DNA of 64,000 nucleotides from a virus (Duplodnaviria; Caudoviricetes): IMG/VR virus record IMGVR_UViG_3300032227_000993; one strand, 5' to 3'. Shown piece by piece: positions 54,808 to 64,000 of this stretch (position 1 is its first letter; each line of letters starts with the position of its first letter). The notes under the pieces were generated by a model. It saw only the letters and a program-made list of their open reading frames with translations, ran no database searches and was not told where the DNA came from. The position numbers and the translations under genes were made by a program.

Positions 54808-57800
54808 ATGTCAAATATAAAAATTACCCAGTTACCAGAACTGGCCCCAACACCACTATCAGGATCAGATGTATTTCCTGTTGTTAGCGGAAACGTTACA
54901 TACCAAGTTACAGCTAATGCTATTGCTGATTTTGCTGGTGGCGGTGCTAACACAGGCAACGTTACATTTGACAATCAGATTGTGATTGGTACTGGCGATA
55001 GTGGAGGTGGGGGTGGATTATACCTTGCTCCCGGTGATAGCGAATTAGCAAATCTACAATACTTTAGAGTACGTGGCGGTGATGTTCCATCTCACTTGCA
55101 TTTTGATACTGGCAACGTTGATTATTACGATCAGTATTTTGGAGATGACGGCAAGTATGTTAAATTAGAAGCTGGTACGGCCGGCAACATAGTGATCGGC
55201 ACAGACAACAATGTACAGAATTGGATATTCGACAATACTGGTAACACAACTATTCCCGGCAACATACAAACTGTTACAACAGGATTTCCATTTACGTCTA
55301 ACATCAGTGGCATTAATACCGGAAGTCCAACTGTATTAGTTACTGTAATTGATGCTGTTTTTGGTGCGCCTGAAACTGGACAAGTAACAATCTCTGGTGT
55401 GGTCGGAACTACAGAAGCAAACAACACTTGGTATTACCTGTCTATAGATCCTAGTAACTTTCAACTGTACTACGATGCCGCATTACAAAACCCAGTAAAC
55501 GGAACTAGCTGGACTGCCTATATTAGTGGAGGTTTGGCATTTGCCGCTGGCTACAGCGACTTGGGCATCACCGGTGGCAATGTATCTATAACTACTAACA
55601 CAGACAATACTTGGACGTTTGATAATGCTGGTAACTTAACATTACCAGGCAATGCGTTTGCTGTCAACTATGCCAACGGAACTCCTGTTACAATTGGTAG
55701 CGGCGGTTCAGCGAACTCAATCAGTAATGGCACAAGTAATGTAGCTATTCCTTCAGCTAACAGCAACGTTGTTGTTGGCATAGCTGGCTCGGATATGTTT
55801 ACATTTGGCACAGATGGTAACTTAACATTTTTACACGGTGGCAAGATTGCTGAAGTCGTAAGCCCTGTTCCAGGTAACTACGCACTCGCATTAAGTGGTA
55901 CCGGGGTAACAGATCCTGATCAACAGTTATTAGTTTATCCAACTAGTTTAGATGAAGGACACTTACACTTAACTTCGGGCAATCTTTACAATGTTGAATT
56001 GTTCTTGGGTAACGATGATTTGTATGTTAAGTTAGCTAACACAGGTAATGTTATTATTAATACTAACGACGGTGTTGGTAATACAGCACAATGGGCATTT
56101 GGTATTGACGGTATTACCACATTCCCTAACAATACTATTCTCAACACTACCGGTGATGATCTTTTCATAACAACAACTGACAGCAATGGTATTGTAAATT
56201 CATCTATAGAGTTAGCACCAACTAGTGAATTAACACGCATAGAACAGTGGAGCGGTCAAAACAGTATGAGCTTTACTACTGCTGACTGGGCTACTGGTGT
56301 TTACACAGTTGATAGCGGGTTAGGTGCGGTCCAATTTACTGGTGCTGCCAACATTGTTAACTTTGTTAACTCATTAAATGCTGCCGATGTTGGTCACATT
56401 TTCTTGAGTGTCAACGGCGGACCACAGTTAGTTTGGGACGGCACTAGTACCGGCGGTGATAACATCACGTTTAACACACCGACACTACCAGCCGTTGATC
56501 CTACTACAGTAACTACATTTGATTATTATTACAGTTTCAAGTCAGGTTTTGAAATAGATTATGATTCTTCAGAAGTTAATATCTATGCCAATGATGCTGA
56601 TATTAATTTAAGCACCACAAATCAGAAAGATATTCTGTTGAACTCTTCACGCGATATGATCGTAGCAGGAAACGGAGCAGTAGCATTAACAAATTTTAGC
56701 AACATTGACGGAATAACTATTAATACTGATACCAATGGCACATCGCGTCAATGGACATTTGATGCTGGTGGTAACTTACGTGTGCCACAAGGTGGCTACA
56801 TTGGTGCCGCTGGTGTCAAGGGTGACGGAACAATGCTCACCGGCGGCAAAGGTAACATTGCCAGCTTGACCAGTTTCTACGCCAATGCCAATGCTTTAAA
56901 CTACTCTAGTTGCGTTACTGTCAATGCCGATGGTACCTTAAACATTACCACCTACGGTGATGGCACAGGTCTTGCTGGACAATGGACATTTGACAGCAAT
57001 GGTACATTAACATTACCAGGCGAAGGTGTTGTTAGATCCAACAACGATACCATTAGTTTAGAATCCTGGGACACAGCCAACAGCCTTGGTTATGGAATGT
57101 ATATTGGCACTACAGGCGGATTGTATTTCCAACAAGCTACCAATCCAAACTGGTTAAGCATTGCTCCTAACGCAAGTAACGTTGAGATTGCCGCAGGTGT
57201 AGCCAATACTGGTGAAGCCGGACATAGCATAAGCATTGCTTCCGGCTCTGCAGACCAAGGTACTTACAATACTAGTCCTGGCGGCAACATAAACATCACT
57301 GGTGGCTTAGGCGCATTCAACGATGGCGGTGGCGGTGGCCCTGGTGGTAGCGTTAATATCACTGCTGGTAATAGTAGTGACCCAGCTGGTGTTGCCGGTA
57401 ATGTTGTTGTAAACTCTGGAACTAATACTTGGACATTTGATAATACAGGTAACTTATCTGCTCCTGGTACTATTACTGCCAACACATTTATTTCCAACGC
57501 ATTTAATGTTGTCACAGCCGGCAACTTGTTGGTTAGTTCACAGTACGGTCTTGGCACAGTTGGTACAATCTTAGAACAAGACGGCTTACTTGAACTTATC
57601 GGTAACAGTACAGGCGGTTGTGTTGTAGTAGGTTGGAATAGTAGCTATGGTAATCTAAGCAATGTTGCTCAGATGTATTTTAGTCCAGCAGGAAGCACTG
57701 GTAACATTGTTGTGACCACAGGCGACCTTGGTAACACATCTTATGCTTGGACATACGATAACACCGGTAACTTGACATTGCCGGGTAACACTTTTGCTGT

Positions 57801-58137
57801 CAACTATGCCAACGGAACTCCTGTTAGTATTGGCGGTGGTTCAAGTGTAGCAGAGGCTCCGTTTAGTATTCAGTCAGTAGACTTTAATGCCACGGCAGGC
57901 AATCGATATGGTATTGCCACAGGCGGCGGTTCAGTAACCGCTACGTTGCCGGCTACACCCGCTACAGGCGACGCTGTTTACTTTGCTGATGCAGCTGGTG
58001 CTTACTCTACCAACGCATTTATTGTCAGTCCCAACGGTGGAACCATTATGGGTGTATCAGGTTCAATGACTGTTACTACTAACGGACAGAGCTTTGGCTT
58101 GTTCTACAACGGTTCAACTTGGCGCACATACAGCTAA
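54808..58137 (+). CDS. Giant fibre protein (1109 aa) with WTFDNxGNLTLP repeats
   Basis: IKITQLPEL start; about six W-x-F-D-x-x-G-x-L-x-x-P units; C-terminal VTATLPATPATGD...IVSPNGGTIMG. Confidence 0.8.
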   Translation: MSNIKITQLPELAPTPLSGSDVFPVVSGNVTYQVTANAIADFAGGGANTGNVTFDNQIVIGTGDSGGGGGLYLAPGDSELANLQYFRVRGGDVPSHLHFDTGNVDYYDQYFGDDGKYVKLEAGTAGNIVIGTDNNVQNWIFDNTGNTTIPGNIQTVTTGFPFTSNISGINTGSPTVLVTVIDAVFGAPETGQVTISGVVGTTEANNTWYYLSIDPSNFQLYYDAALQNPVNGTSWTAYISGGLAFAAGYSDLGITGGNVSITTNTDNTWTFDNAGNLTLPGNAFAVNYANGTPVTIGSGGSANSISNGTSNVAIPSANSNVVVGIAGSDMFTFGTDGNLTFLHGGKIAEVVSPVPGNYALALSGTGVTDPDQQLLVYPTSLDEGHLHLTSGNLYNVELFLGNDDLYVKLANTGNVIINTNDGVGNTAQWAFGIDGITTFPNNTILNTTGDDLFITTTDSNGIVNSSIELAPTSELTRIEQWSGQNSMSFTTADWATGVYTVDSGLGAVQFTGAANIVNFVNSLNAADVGHIFLSVNGGPQLVWDGTSTGGDNITFNTPTLPAVDPTTVTTFDYYYSFKSGFEIDYDSSEVNIYANDADINLSTTNQKDILLNSSRDMIVAGNGAVALTNFSNIDGITINTDTNGTSRQWTFDAGGNLRVPQGGYIGAAGVKGDGTMLTGGKGNIASLTSFYANANALNYSSCVTVNADGTLNITTYGDGTGLAGQWTFDSNGTLTLPGEGVVRSNNDTISLESWDTANSLGYGMYIGTTGGLYFQQATNPNWLSIAPNASNVEIAAGVANTGEAGHSISIASGSADQGTYNTSPGGNINITGGLGAFNDGGGGGPGGSVNITAGNSSDPAGVAGNVVVNSGTNTWTFDNTGNLSAPGTITANTFISNAFNVVTAGNLLVSSQYGLGTVGTILEQDGLLELIGNSTGGCVVVGWNSSYGNLSNVAQMYFSPAGSTGNIVVTTGDLGNTSYAWTYDNTGNLTLPGNTFAVNYANGTPVSIGGGSSVAEAPFSIQSVDFNATAGNRYGIATGGGSVTATLPATPATGDAVYFADAAGAYSTNAFIVSPNGGTIMGVSGSMTVTTNGQSFGLFYNGSTWRTYS

Positions 58138-58154
58138 CAGGAAATACTCGCTAA

Positions 58155-58424
58155 ATGGCCAACCTTAATTCATTTATTCAAATCGGGGCAAACACCGGTA
58201 ACTTTGTAGGTAACATTACAAGTGCTAACATTGTTTCAACAGGAATTGTTAGCGCAACAGGAAATGTTCGCGGTGCTAACTTTAATACTGTTGGCGATGT
58301 TAATGCTACGGGAAATATAACAGCAAATACCTACACAGGTAATGGATCTCAATTGACTGGAGTGGCAAATGTTTCCTCAGTTAAACAAGTATTGGGGCTC
58401 ACAATGATATACGGAGGAAGATAA
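58155..58424 (+). CDS. Small fibre-associated protein
   Basis: N-terminus shared with 60009..61613. Confidence 0.6.
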   Translation: MANLNSFIQIGANTGNFVGNITSANIVSTGIVSATGNVRGANFNTVGDVNATGNITANTYTGNGSQLTGVANVSSVKQVLGLTMIYGGR

Positions 58425-58425
58425 T

Positions 58426-58782
58426 ATGGCAGCGCCAAACATAGCAAATTTAACAACCATAACAGGTCGAACATCGGGGCTGGCTGTACCAGCAACACCC
58501 ACAGCCATTGTGACCAACACAGCCGCTAGTGGTCAAGTTTACAAACTAAATGCTCTTTTTGTGAGCAATGTAGATGGCACAGCCAACTTCACCATCACAG
58601 TGGATGTTTACAAAGGCGGCACAACCGCTTACAGAATTGGATATTTAATAGTAGTGCCAGCTGGTGCTACATTGGATGTGTTATCTAGAATAGTTTACTT
58701 AGAAGAAGGCGACAGTCTAAGATTGACAGCCAGCGTAGTTAACAAATTAGAAGCAGTTTGTAGTTATGAGGTTATGAGCTAA
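58426..58782 (+). CDS. Small virion protein
   Basis: APNIANL...VSNVDGT...VVPAGATLDV...YLEEGDSL. Confidence 0.65.
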   Translation: MAAPNIANLTTITGRTSGLAVPATPTAIVTNTAASGQVYKLNALFVSNVDGTANFTITVDVYKGGTTAYRIGYLIVVPAGATLDVLSRIVYLEEGDSLRLTASVVNKLEAVCSYEVMS

Positions 58783-59690
58783 TGAGTACCTTTCCATCAC
58801 AAACTTCAGCTAGTGGAGTATGGACCTTGACCCAACAGCGTACGGCTGATATGGGAGACAATTGGCCCTTACAGTATCCAAGTCAGGTTGAATATCTCAT
58901 AGTTGCTGGTGGCGGTGGCGGTGGGTACAGCAATGGCTCGGGTGGTGGTGGCGCAGGTGGATTTTTAACTGGTACATCATCTGTAGTAGCCGCGACCACA
59001 TACACAGTAACCGTTGGAGCAGGTGGAGCAGGTGCCACTTATTCAGCTGGTGGTCTAGGTGGCAATTCCGTATTTAATAGTCAGACTGCCCTGGGCGGTG
59101 GTTATGGCGGTTGGAGTGATACTGCTGGTAACGAAAACGGCAGTACAGGTGGATCAGGTGGTGGTGCTGGTAGTTATAATTCTATAGAAGGAACTGGCGG
59201 TGCTGGAACTCCTGGGCAAGGCAACTCTGGCGGTGTTGCTCAAACCGACGGAGCTACATGGCGTGTGGGCGGTGGTGGCGGCGGAGCAGCGTTTCAAGGT
59301 GGTAATGCGGTGCCTGTTGCTCCATATTATGGTGGGCAAGGTGGTGAGGGATTACAATCAAGTATTACAGGCACAGCCATTTATTATTCGGGCGGTGGCG
59401 GTGGTGGCGCAGGCGGTAGCACTAGTACAGGAGGTGTTGGTGGCCAAGGTGGCGGTGGCGCTGGCTCCACTACTGCAGGAGTTGCTGGCCAAACCAATAC
59501 TGGCGGCGGTGGTGGAGGATCTGGCTACTTGGCCAATGGTGGTGCCGGTGGATCAGGCATAGTTGTGTTACGCTATCCAGATATCTTTGCTCCAGCAGCC
59601 AATGTCACAGGCAGTCCTACCTACACAGTCACCGGTGGATATAGAATCTACAAATTTACCGGTACCGGTACAATTCTTTTTGCTAACTAG
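58782..59690 (+). CDS. Glycine-rich domain virion protein
   Basis: VEYLIVAGGGGGG...GGAGGF...GGSGIVVLRY...YRIYKFTGTGT. Confidence 0.8.
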   Translation: MSTFPSQTSASGVWTLTQQRTADMGDNWPLQYPSQVEYLIVAGGGGGGYSNGSGGGGAGGFLTGTSSVVAATTYTVTVGAGGAGATYSAGGLGGNSVFNSQTALGGGYGGWSDTAGNENGSTGGSGGGAGSYNSIEGTGGAGTPGQGNSGGVAQTDGATWRVGGGGGGAAFQGGNAVPVAPYYGGQGGEGLQSSITGTAIYYSGGGGGGAGGSTSTGGVGGQGGGGAGSTTAGVAGQTNTGGGGGGSGYLANGGAGGSGIVVLRYPDIFAPAANVTGSPTYTVTGGYRIYKFTGTGTILFAN

Positions 59691-59698
59691 GAAATACA

Positions 59699-59995
59699 AT
59701 GGCACATTTCGCAAAACTTGATGACGCCAATACTGTAACACAGGTTATAGTTGTTGATAATAGAGAACTACTTGATGTAAACAATCAGGAACAAGAGTCT
59801 ATTGGCGTAGGATTTTTAACTCGCATATTTGGACACGCCAATTGGAAACAGACCAGTTACAATGGCACCTTCCGTAAAAACTATGCTGGCATTGGCTCTA
59901 CTTATGACTCAGGTCGTGACGCATTTATAGCACCCAATCCAGGCGATGGCTACACACTCGACGAAACAACTTGTCGTTGGGTCAAAGAAGAATAA
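59699..59995 (+). CDS. Conserved phage tail-associated small protein
   Basis: MAHFAKLD...WKQTSYN..FRKNYAGIG.TYD..RDAFIAP. Confidence 0.7.
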   Translation: MAHFAKLDDANTVTQVIVVDNRELLDVNNQEQESIGVGFLTRIFGHANWKQTSYNGTFRKNYAGIGSTYDSGRDAFIAPNPGDGYTLDETTCRWVKEE

Positions 59996-60008
59996 CTAGG
60001 AAAATAAA

Positions 60009-61613
60009 ATGTCAGATTTAAGCTCGTTCATAAACATAGGCGCTAATACCGCAAACTTCGTAGGCGATGTTACCGCAACTAACTTAGGTAACATATCTGC
60101 TATCGATCTTAACGGCAATGCTAGTGCAGTATTAGCCGGCGATGGAAGTTGGGTAGCACAAAGTGGCGGTGGCGGTAACTCCATCTCTAACGGCAATAGT
60201 AATGTAAGTATTTCTGTAGCTGATGGTCCAATATTAATGTTTGATGGTGGTGTTCCTATGGCAAATATTGGCGTTACTAATATTGCTATTGGCGCCAACG
60301 CACAAAGCCAGGGTGGCTTTGGAGCTAATACTATTGCTATTGGCGCATTAGCAGGTAATCTAAGTCAAGGACAACGAAGTGTTGCTATTGGTCAACTTGC
60401 CGGTGCTAATACACAAGGTAATTTTGCTGTAGCAGTAGGACGTACAGCTGGACAAACATTACAAGGTCAAAGTGCCGTAGCAATTGGATCTGGAACTGGC
60501 GCAACAAGTCAGGGACAACAAGCGGTTGCTATCGGTGACTCGGCTGGCGCAACAAGCCAAAGTGCCAGTGCTGTTGCTATTGGACGCGGAGCAGGTCAAG
60601 GAAGTCAAGGTAATAATGCTGTAGCGATTGGTAGTGCCCCGGCTGGATCTAATCAAGGTGCTGGCGCTGTTGCTATTGGATTTATAGCAGGCCAAACAAG
60701 TCAAGGTGGTAATGCTGTGGCTATTGGATATCAAGCAGGCACAACAACCCAAGGGTCACAAGCTATTGCCATTGGATATCTTGCTGGTAATAATTCTCAA
60801 GGTATTAACAGTATTGCTATTGGAGCACAAGCTGGTAACTCTAGTTCTGCTAATAACAGTATTATCTTAAATGCCAGCGGTAACGACCTTGCTTCTGTCA
60901 ACAGCGGCTTCTATGTTAATCCTGTTCGCAACGATGCCGGCAACGTTGCTCAAGTAGTTACTTTCAATACCGCAACGAACGAGTTAACTTATGCTAATAC
61001 TATTAGTGTGGCCGGTAACGTTACAAGTGCTGATACTGTAGTAGGCAGTAATTTACGATCTACTAACTCTGTTGGCGACGAAGGCGGACAGCTTGACTTG
61101 GCCACAGCCGCGGCTAACAGTACACTATCTGGCACTAGTGTAACTTTTGACGTTTTTCAAAATAAGTTCAGAGTGTTTGAAAGTGGCGGCACATTCCGCG
61201 GCGGCTACTTAGATATTGCTAACTGTGCCGCTGGCGTTGGAACTCCTATTGTAAACCGTACATCAGCTATTGCCGCGGCCAACACCAAGGTCACTTTTGG
61301 CAAGCTCACAGCACAAGTTGGTGGTTCGCCTACTCGCTTGTATATTGGCGCCGCAACTGCTAACTTCCTAGGGGCCGGTCAGAGTCAAACAATGTCGTCA
61401 GGCTCTATGGCTGTGGGCAGTTGGATCAACGTGCCTATCTCAACAGGCACAGGTAATGAGTTTGCTATGTCAGGCGCACTAAGTTCTAACGGTGATACTG
61501 CTGTGCTAAACATCACTGATCAAACTGCTGGTACAGGCACATGGCGAGTTACTGGATTGATTGCTAATACCGCCTCCAACCTTTACAGCATCACTATTGA
61601 GCAGATAGCTTAA
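60009..61613 (+). CDS. Fibre protein with 12 YadA-like 16-aa head repeats
   Basis: xAVAIGxxAG repeats followed by NSIILNASG...SGFYVNPVRND, as in 5804..11836. Confidence 0.8.
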   Translation: MSDLSSFINIGANTANFVGDVTATNLGNISAIDLNGNASAVLAGDGSWVAQSGGGGNSISNGNSNVSISVADGPILMFDGGVPMANIGVTNIAIGANAQSQGGFGANTIAIGALAGNLSQGQRSVAIGQLAGANTQGNFAVAVGRTAGQTLQGQSAVAIGSGTGATSQGQQAVAIGDSAGATSQSASAVAIGRGAGQGSQGNNAVAIGSAPAGSNQGAGAVAIGFIAGQTSQGGNAVAIGYQAGTTTQGSQAIAIGYLAGNNSQGINSIAIGAQAGNSSSANNSIILNASGNDLASVNSGFYVNPVRNDAGNVAQVVTFNTATNELTYANTISVAGNVTSADTVVGSNLRSTNSVGDEGGQLDLATAAANSTLSGTSVTFDVFQNKFRVFESGGTFRGGYLDIANCAAGVGTPIVNRTSAIAAANTKVTFGKLTAQVGGSPTRLYIGAATANFLGAGQSQTMSSGSMAVGSWINVPISTGTGNEFAMSGALSSNGDTAVLNITDQTAGTGTWRVTGLIANTASNLYSITIEQIA

Positions 61614-61959
61614 TCTGTTTAACGTGTTTACAATCGCCCTTTTGCCATTTGGCGGAAGGGCAAGTACAGGCCCATGATCCGTGATCATCAGTTACTGTAT
61701 AGATAGCACCATTACTGCCTGGCACCCGGTACTGCTGACCCGGTGACTCAATTACTTCCATGGCCCGAGGAGCAAACGACCAAGTATTGGCAATTTCTTT
61801 GAACTTGCGACGACTGGCACTAAACGGCAAGGGATTGGTAAACTCAGTGACTTCACCTGTGCTCTGTTTAACATAACCAAACATTTTGTCTTTGGCATCT
61901 GAGACAAAGTAAACGTGATTGGGAACAGCCCAATCGGTTAGTTCTTGTATAGTTTTCAT
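61594..61959 (-). CDS. SWIM zinc-finger protein
   Basis: GAIYTVT...WACTCPSAKWQKGDCKHV. Confidence 0.75.
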   Translation of the reverse strand: MKTIQELTDWAVPNHVYFVSDAKDKMFGYVKQSTGEVTEFTNPLPFSASRRKFKEIANTWSFAPRAMEVIESPGQQYRVPGSNGAIYTVTDDHGSWACTCPSAKWQKGDCKHVKQIKLSAQ

Positions 61960-62303
61960 CCTGTTACCTTTTCATTAGGCCTGAAGTCTCGGACCATTTT
62001 AACCAGCTTGTCTCTATGGAACATAATAGTTTCTACCACACGATCAACAGCTACTTGATCCCCGTAGCCACCAATGTGCCAGCTGTACTCGCCCATGGGT
62101 GTCCAACGTCCGCATTTCCAATCATAAATGGTTGCTATAGTGCCATCTTCAAACTTCAATGCCCATTCGCAACTGCTCTTGTCCAGATCAGCATTTGGGC
62201 CTACATCAGGAGCTCCAAAGATCTCTACCAGTTCGGCATAGGTAATCACAAACTCACCACGTAGTCCGGTCATATTAGCATTAGCGCCTTTAGTAAACTT
62301 CAT
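61956..62303 (-). CDS. Conserved phage hypothetical protein
   Basis: TYAELVEIFGAP, DKSSCEW, ATIYDWK, WHIGG. Confidence 0.7.
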   Translation of the reverse strand: MKFTKGANANMTGLRGEFVITYAELVEIFGAPDVGPNADLDKSSCEWALKFEDGTIATIYDWKCGRWTPMGEYSWHIGGYGDQVAVDRVVETIMFHRDKLVKMVRDFRPNEKVTG

Positions 62304-62377
62304 AACGTAAATCCTATAATCAATAACACACTACAAACAATTAACAAATAAATTCTATTTTTATCTTCGTAGGTCAT
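62300..62377 (-). CDS. 25-aa single-TM peptide (not in ORF track)
   Basis: MTYEDKNRIYLLIVCSVLLIIGFTL; TAATG overlap at start and ATGA overlap at stop. Confidence 0.55.
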   Translation of the reverse strand: MTYEDKNRIYLLIVCSVLLIIGFTL

Positions 62378-62772
62378 TAGAATTCCTCTTCTTCTTCGAG
62401 CTCTTCTGCCGGATCAGTATCAATGACTACACTACCAATTCTAATAATACCACCACTACTAAATGTTGAGAAGTCCTGTACAAATTCAATTACACGACCA
62501 CTGCCTAAATTCTCAATCTCTGACGGGGCAATATCTTTAACATTAATACAGCCAATTAAGCCAGCGTCTACCGGATACTCGTTGCCTTGCTCGTCTCGGT
62601 AAGTGCCATCGCCCCACTTAGTAGTAAATGTAGCAAAACGAGTGCCATCTTTGAGATTAAACTCACCGTCTAGGACATTGTTGCCGCTACAAGTCAAACT
62701 ACAGAACTCGTCCCATTCAGGATGCATGACATAGCACAAGTCGCCGATGTAATAAGTGCCTGCTTTCATCAT
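62377..62772 (-). CDS. Conserved phage hypothetical protein
   Basis: YYIGDLCYV, TKWGDGTY, VDAGLIGCI. Confidence 0.7.
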   Translation of the reverse strand: MMKAGTYYIGDLCYVMHPEWDEFCSLTCSGNNVLDGEFNLKDGTRFATFTTKWGDGTYRDEQGNEYPVDAGLIGCINVKDIAPSEIENLGSGRVIEFVQDFSTFSSGGIIRIGSVVIDTDPAEELEEEEEF

Positions 62773-62774
62773 GA

Positions 62775-62942
62775 TTAAACCTCTACCATTTCCCAAGCCC
62801 TAGCATCTGAGCTGATTTTGACTTCTTTACCAGTAATGCGTCCTTGTTCAGCCATTGCTTCCAGTTCGTAAACTTCAGGAATCAAGCCTGTGGCAATGTA
62901 ACGCACTACACCTTTATTGACCACTATGCGATCGAAGTTCAT
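62775..62942 (-). CDS. Small hypothetical protein
   Basis: ATGA-coupled ORF. Confidence 0.5.
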   Translation of the reverse strand: MNFDRIVVNKGVVRYIATGLIPEVYELEAMAEQGRITGKEVKISSDARAWEMVEV

Positions 62943-63130
62943 ACTTGAGCTACCTCCCAAGCAAGAATACGACGTTCTATTTCCATATCAATGATGCGAG
63001 CAATGGCCATTTCTTCTTTGGTCAAACTATCACGATGGATTGTAAATGTATCAATCAACCCTTCAAGTTCCTTGGTTGGCATACCGCGGACTCGAGCACG
63101 ATACTGATCTACTGTTAAATATTTTTTCAT
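62939..63130 (-). CDS. Small hypothetical protein
   Basis: Coupled ORF; RBS GAGGAG. Confidence 0.55.
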   Translation of the reverse strand: MKKYLTVDQYRARVRGMPTKELEGLIDTFTIHRDSLTKEEMAIARIIDMEIERRILAWEVAQV

Positions 63131-63276
63131 TATTCTTGCTCCTCTTCTTTTTCCAATGCTTCTTGTGCGTCGATATTATCGTTCCACATTTTAATAAATG
63201 CTTCTTCGGAACCAAAGTTTTCAACAACCAATTCTTTAACTGCTGTAGCAAACTGGTCTCTAGTTAATATTTTCAT
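63130..63276 (-). CDS. Small acidic protein (48 aa, not in ORF track)
   Basis: MKILTRDQFATAVKELVVENFGSEEAFIKMWNDNIDAQEALEKEEEQE; RBS GGAG. Confidence 0.55.
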   Translation of the reverse strand: MKILTRDQFATAVKELVVENFGSEEAFIKMWNDNIDAQEALEKEEEQE

Positions 63277-63286
63277 TGCCGACTCC

Positions 63287-63565
63287 TTATTCTGACAAGT
63301 TCATAATACGTGAGTCATATTCCATAAAACTCACTTCCATTGGTACAAACACTTCTTGACCGTTACGTGTTTGGCCTTCAGCTTCTTGCATTTCACCGCC
63401 ATACACATCATTCTTTACTTTGATTTTAAATGCCTTGTAGCCTTTTTCATTGGTAATTTCTAACACAACGCCTTCAACATAACAATCCATACGACCACGC
63501 ATGGGCTTGAAGTCATAGGCACGAATGTAATCACCAACTGCGGCTACTTTTTCGAATTTCAACAT
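63287..63565 (-). CDS. SH3-like phage hypothetical protein
   Basis: VGDYIRAYDF...YVEGVV...VFVPME; first gene after cassette copy 2. Confidence 0.6.
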   Translation of the reverse strand: MLKFEKVAAVGDYIRAYDFKPMRGRMDCYVEGVVLEITNEKGYKAFKIKVKNDVYGGEMQEAEGQTRNGQEVFVPMEVSFMEYDSRIMNLSE

Positions 63566-63570
63566 TTTTG

Positions 63571-63690
63571 CTCCTTTTTATTAACTATGCTGCTAGTTTA
63601 ACAGGCCTGGAATATTCGGTCAACCTGATTGTTTGGCCGTAAAAAAGCCCGTCTAGCGGGCTCAAAAAGTGTTGTTTTTAGACTACAGAT
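63571..63690 (-). repeat. Terminator plus operator-like inverted repeat plus sigma70 promoter cassette, copy 2
   Basis: TGTTGT-N6-ACTACA, hairpin AGCCCG-tctag-CGGGCT plus U-tract, TTGACC-N17-TAAACT, 27-bp leader identical to copy 1. Confidence 0.85.
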
Positions 63691-64000
63691 CAGGCTAATT
63701 CTTGCCAACTAAGGAATTGCGCATTTTTAAGTGATTGAACACGTGCAGTAGGGGATGTTTCCCAAATTCCGTTAGCGTATCTAATGTGGATTTCTACCTG
63801 TGCGTTTTCCTGTGAGTCTGGCATACCAATCTCGGCGATAAACTTCATGGTAGCACCATCAGGAGCTGCGAACTTGACATCTTTCAATGTTAGGTCAGCC
63901 ACATCATCAATGCTGGGCACATAGTAAACGTGACTAGGATTTACATAAAAGAATGGACGTTTCACAAATTTGACCAGCTTGGCAGCATTGCCTGATTGAC
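63690..64000 (-). CDS. Hypothetical protein, 5'-truncated by the window edge
   Basis: Reading frame stays open to position 64000. Confidence 0.55.
   Translation of the reverse strand, partial: QSGNAAKLVKFVKRPFFYVNPSHVYYVPSIDDVADLTLKDVKFAAPDGATMKFIAEIGMPDSQENAQVEIHIRYANGIWETSPTARVQSLKNAQFLSWQELA

Noticed and set aside
476-63267. Numerous 60-130 aa opposite-strand ORFs in the track (e.g. 760..1158, 9630..9872, 33229..33627, 40022..40393, 49717..50061)
   Set aside because: They are antisense shadows of well-supported genes, lack RBSs and mirror the codon bias of the real strand.
1-64000. Stop-codon reassignment (TAG or TGA recoding)
   Set aside because: Long genes are uninterrupted under code 11, and TAG (phoH, 58782..59690) and TGA (several ATGA overlaps) are used as genuine stops.
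1-64000. tRNA, rRNA, integrase or transposase genes
   Set aside because: No cloverleaf/T-loop pattern in the short intergenic regions and no recognisable recombinase or transposase motifs.

Overview
This window looks like a 64-kb slice of a large lytic dsDNA phage genome (jumbo/T4-like myovirus type). It is very coding-dense and mostly on the minus strand. It carries a clamp-loader subunit, a lone GroES, PhoH, a DnaE fragment, baseplate/Ig-like proteins and two clusters of giant Asn/Gly/Thr-rich fibre genes (4.9-12.5 kb plus 21-27 kb on minus; 47.7-61.6 kb on plus). No rRNA, tRNA, CRISPR array, integrase or transposase was seen. The Bug/TctC protein suggests a betaproteobacterial host (inference). 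Standout accessory content: (1) a complete PrtDEF-type type I secretion operon behind a candidate cargo with a GH113-like TIM barrel that appears to lack catalytic Glu residues (32.7-37.9 kb); (2) a plcP-agt phospholipid-to-glycolipid remodelling module with a Pho-box-like direct repeat upstream (39.3-41.3 kb); (3) two highly base-paired candidate ncRNAs or leaders (30.05-30.31 kb and 43.03-43.18 kb); (4) oxidative-stress and Fe-S genes (erpA, sod, rubredoxin-rubrerythrin with an OxyR-like box); (5) many apparently leaderless genes and a duplicated terminator-promoter cassette. All product calls come from manual motif recognition; no database searches or folding programs were run. Start codons were often moved from the ORF track to the ATG backed by an RBS, promoter or gene overlap.
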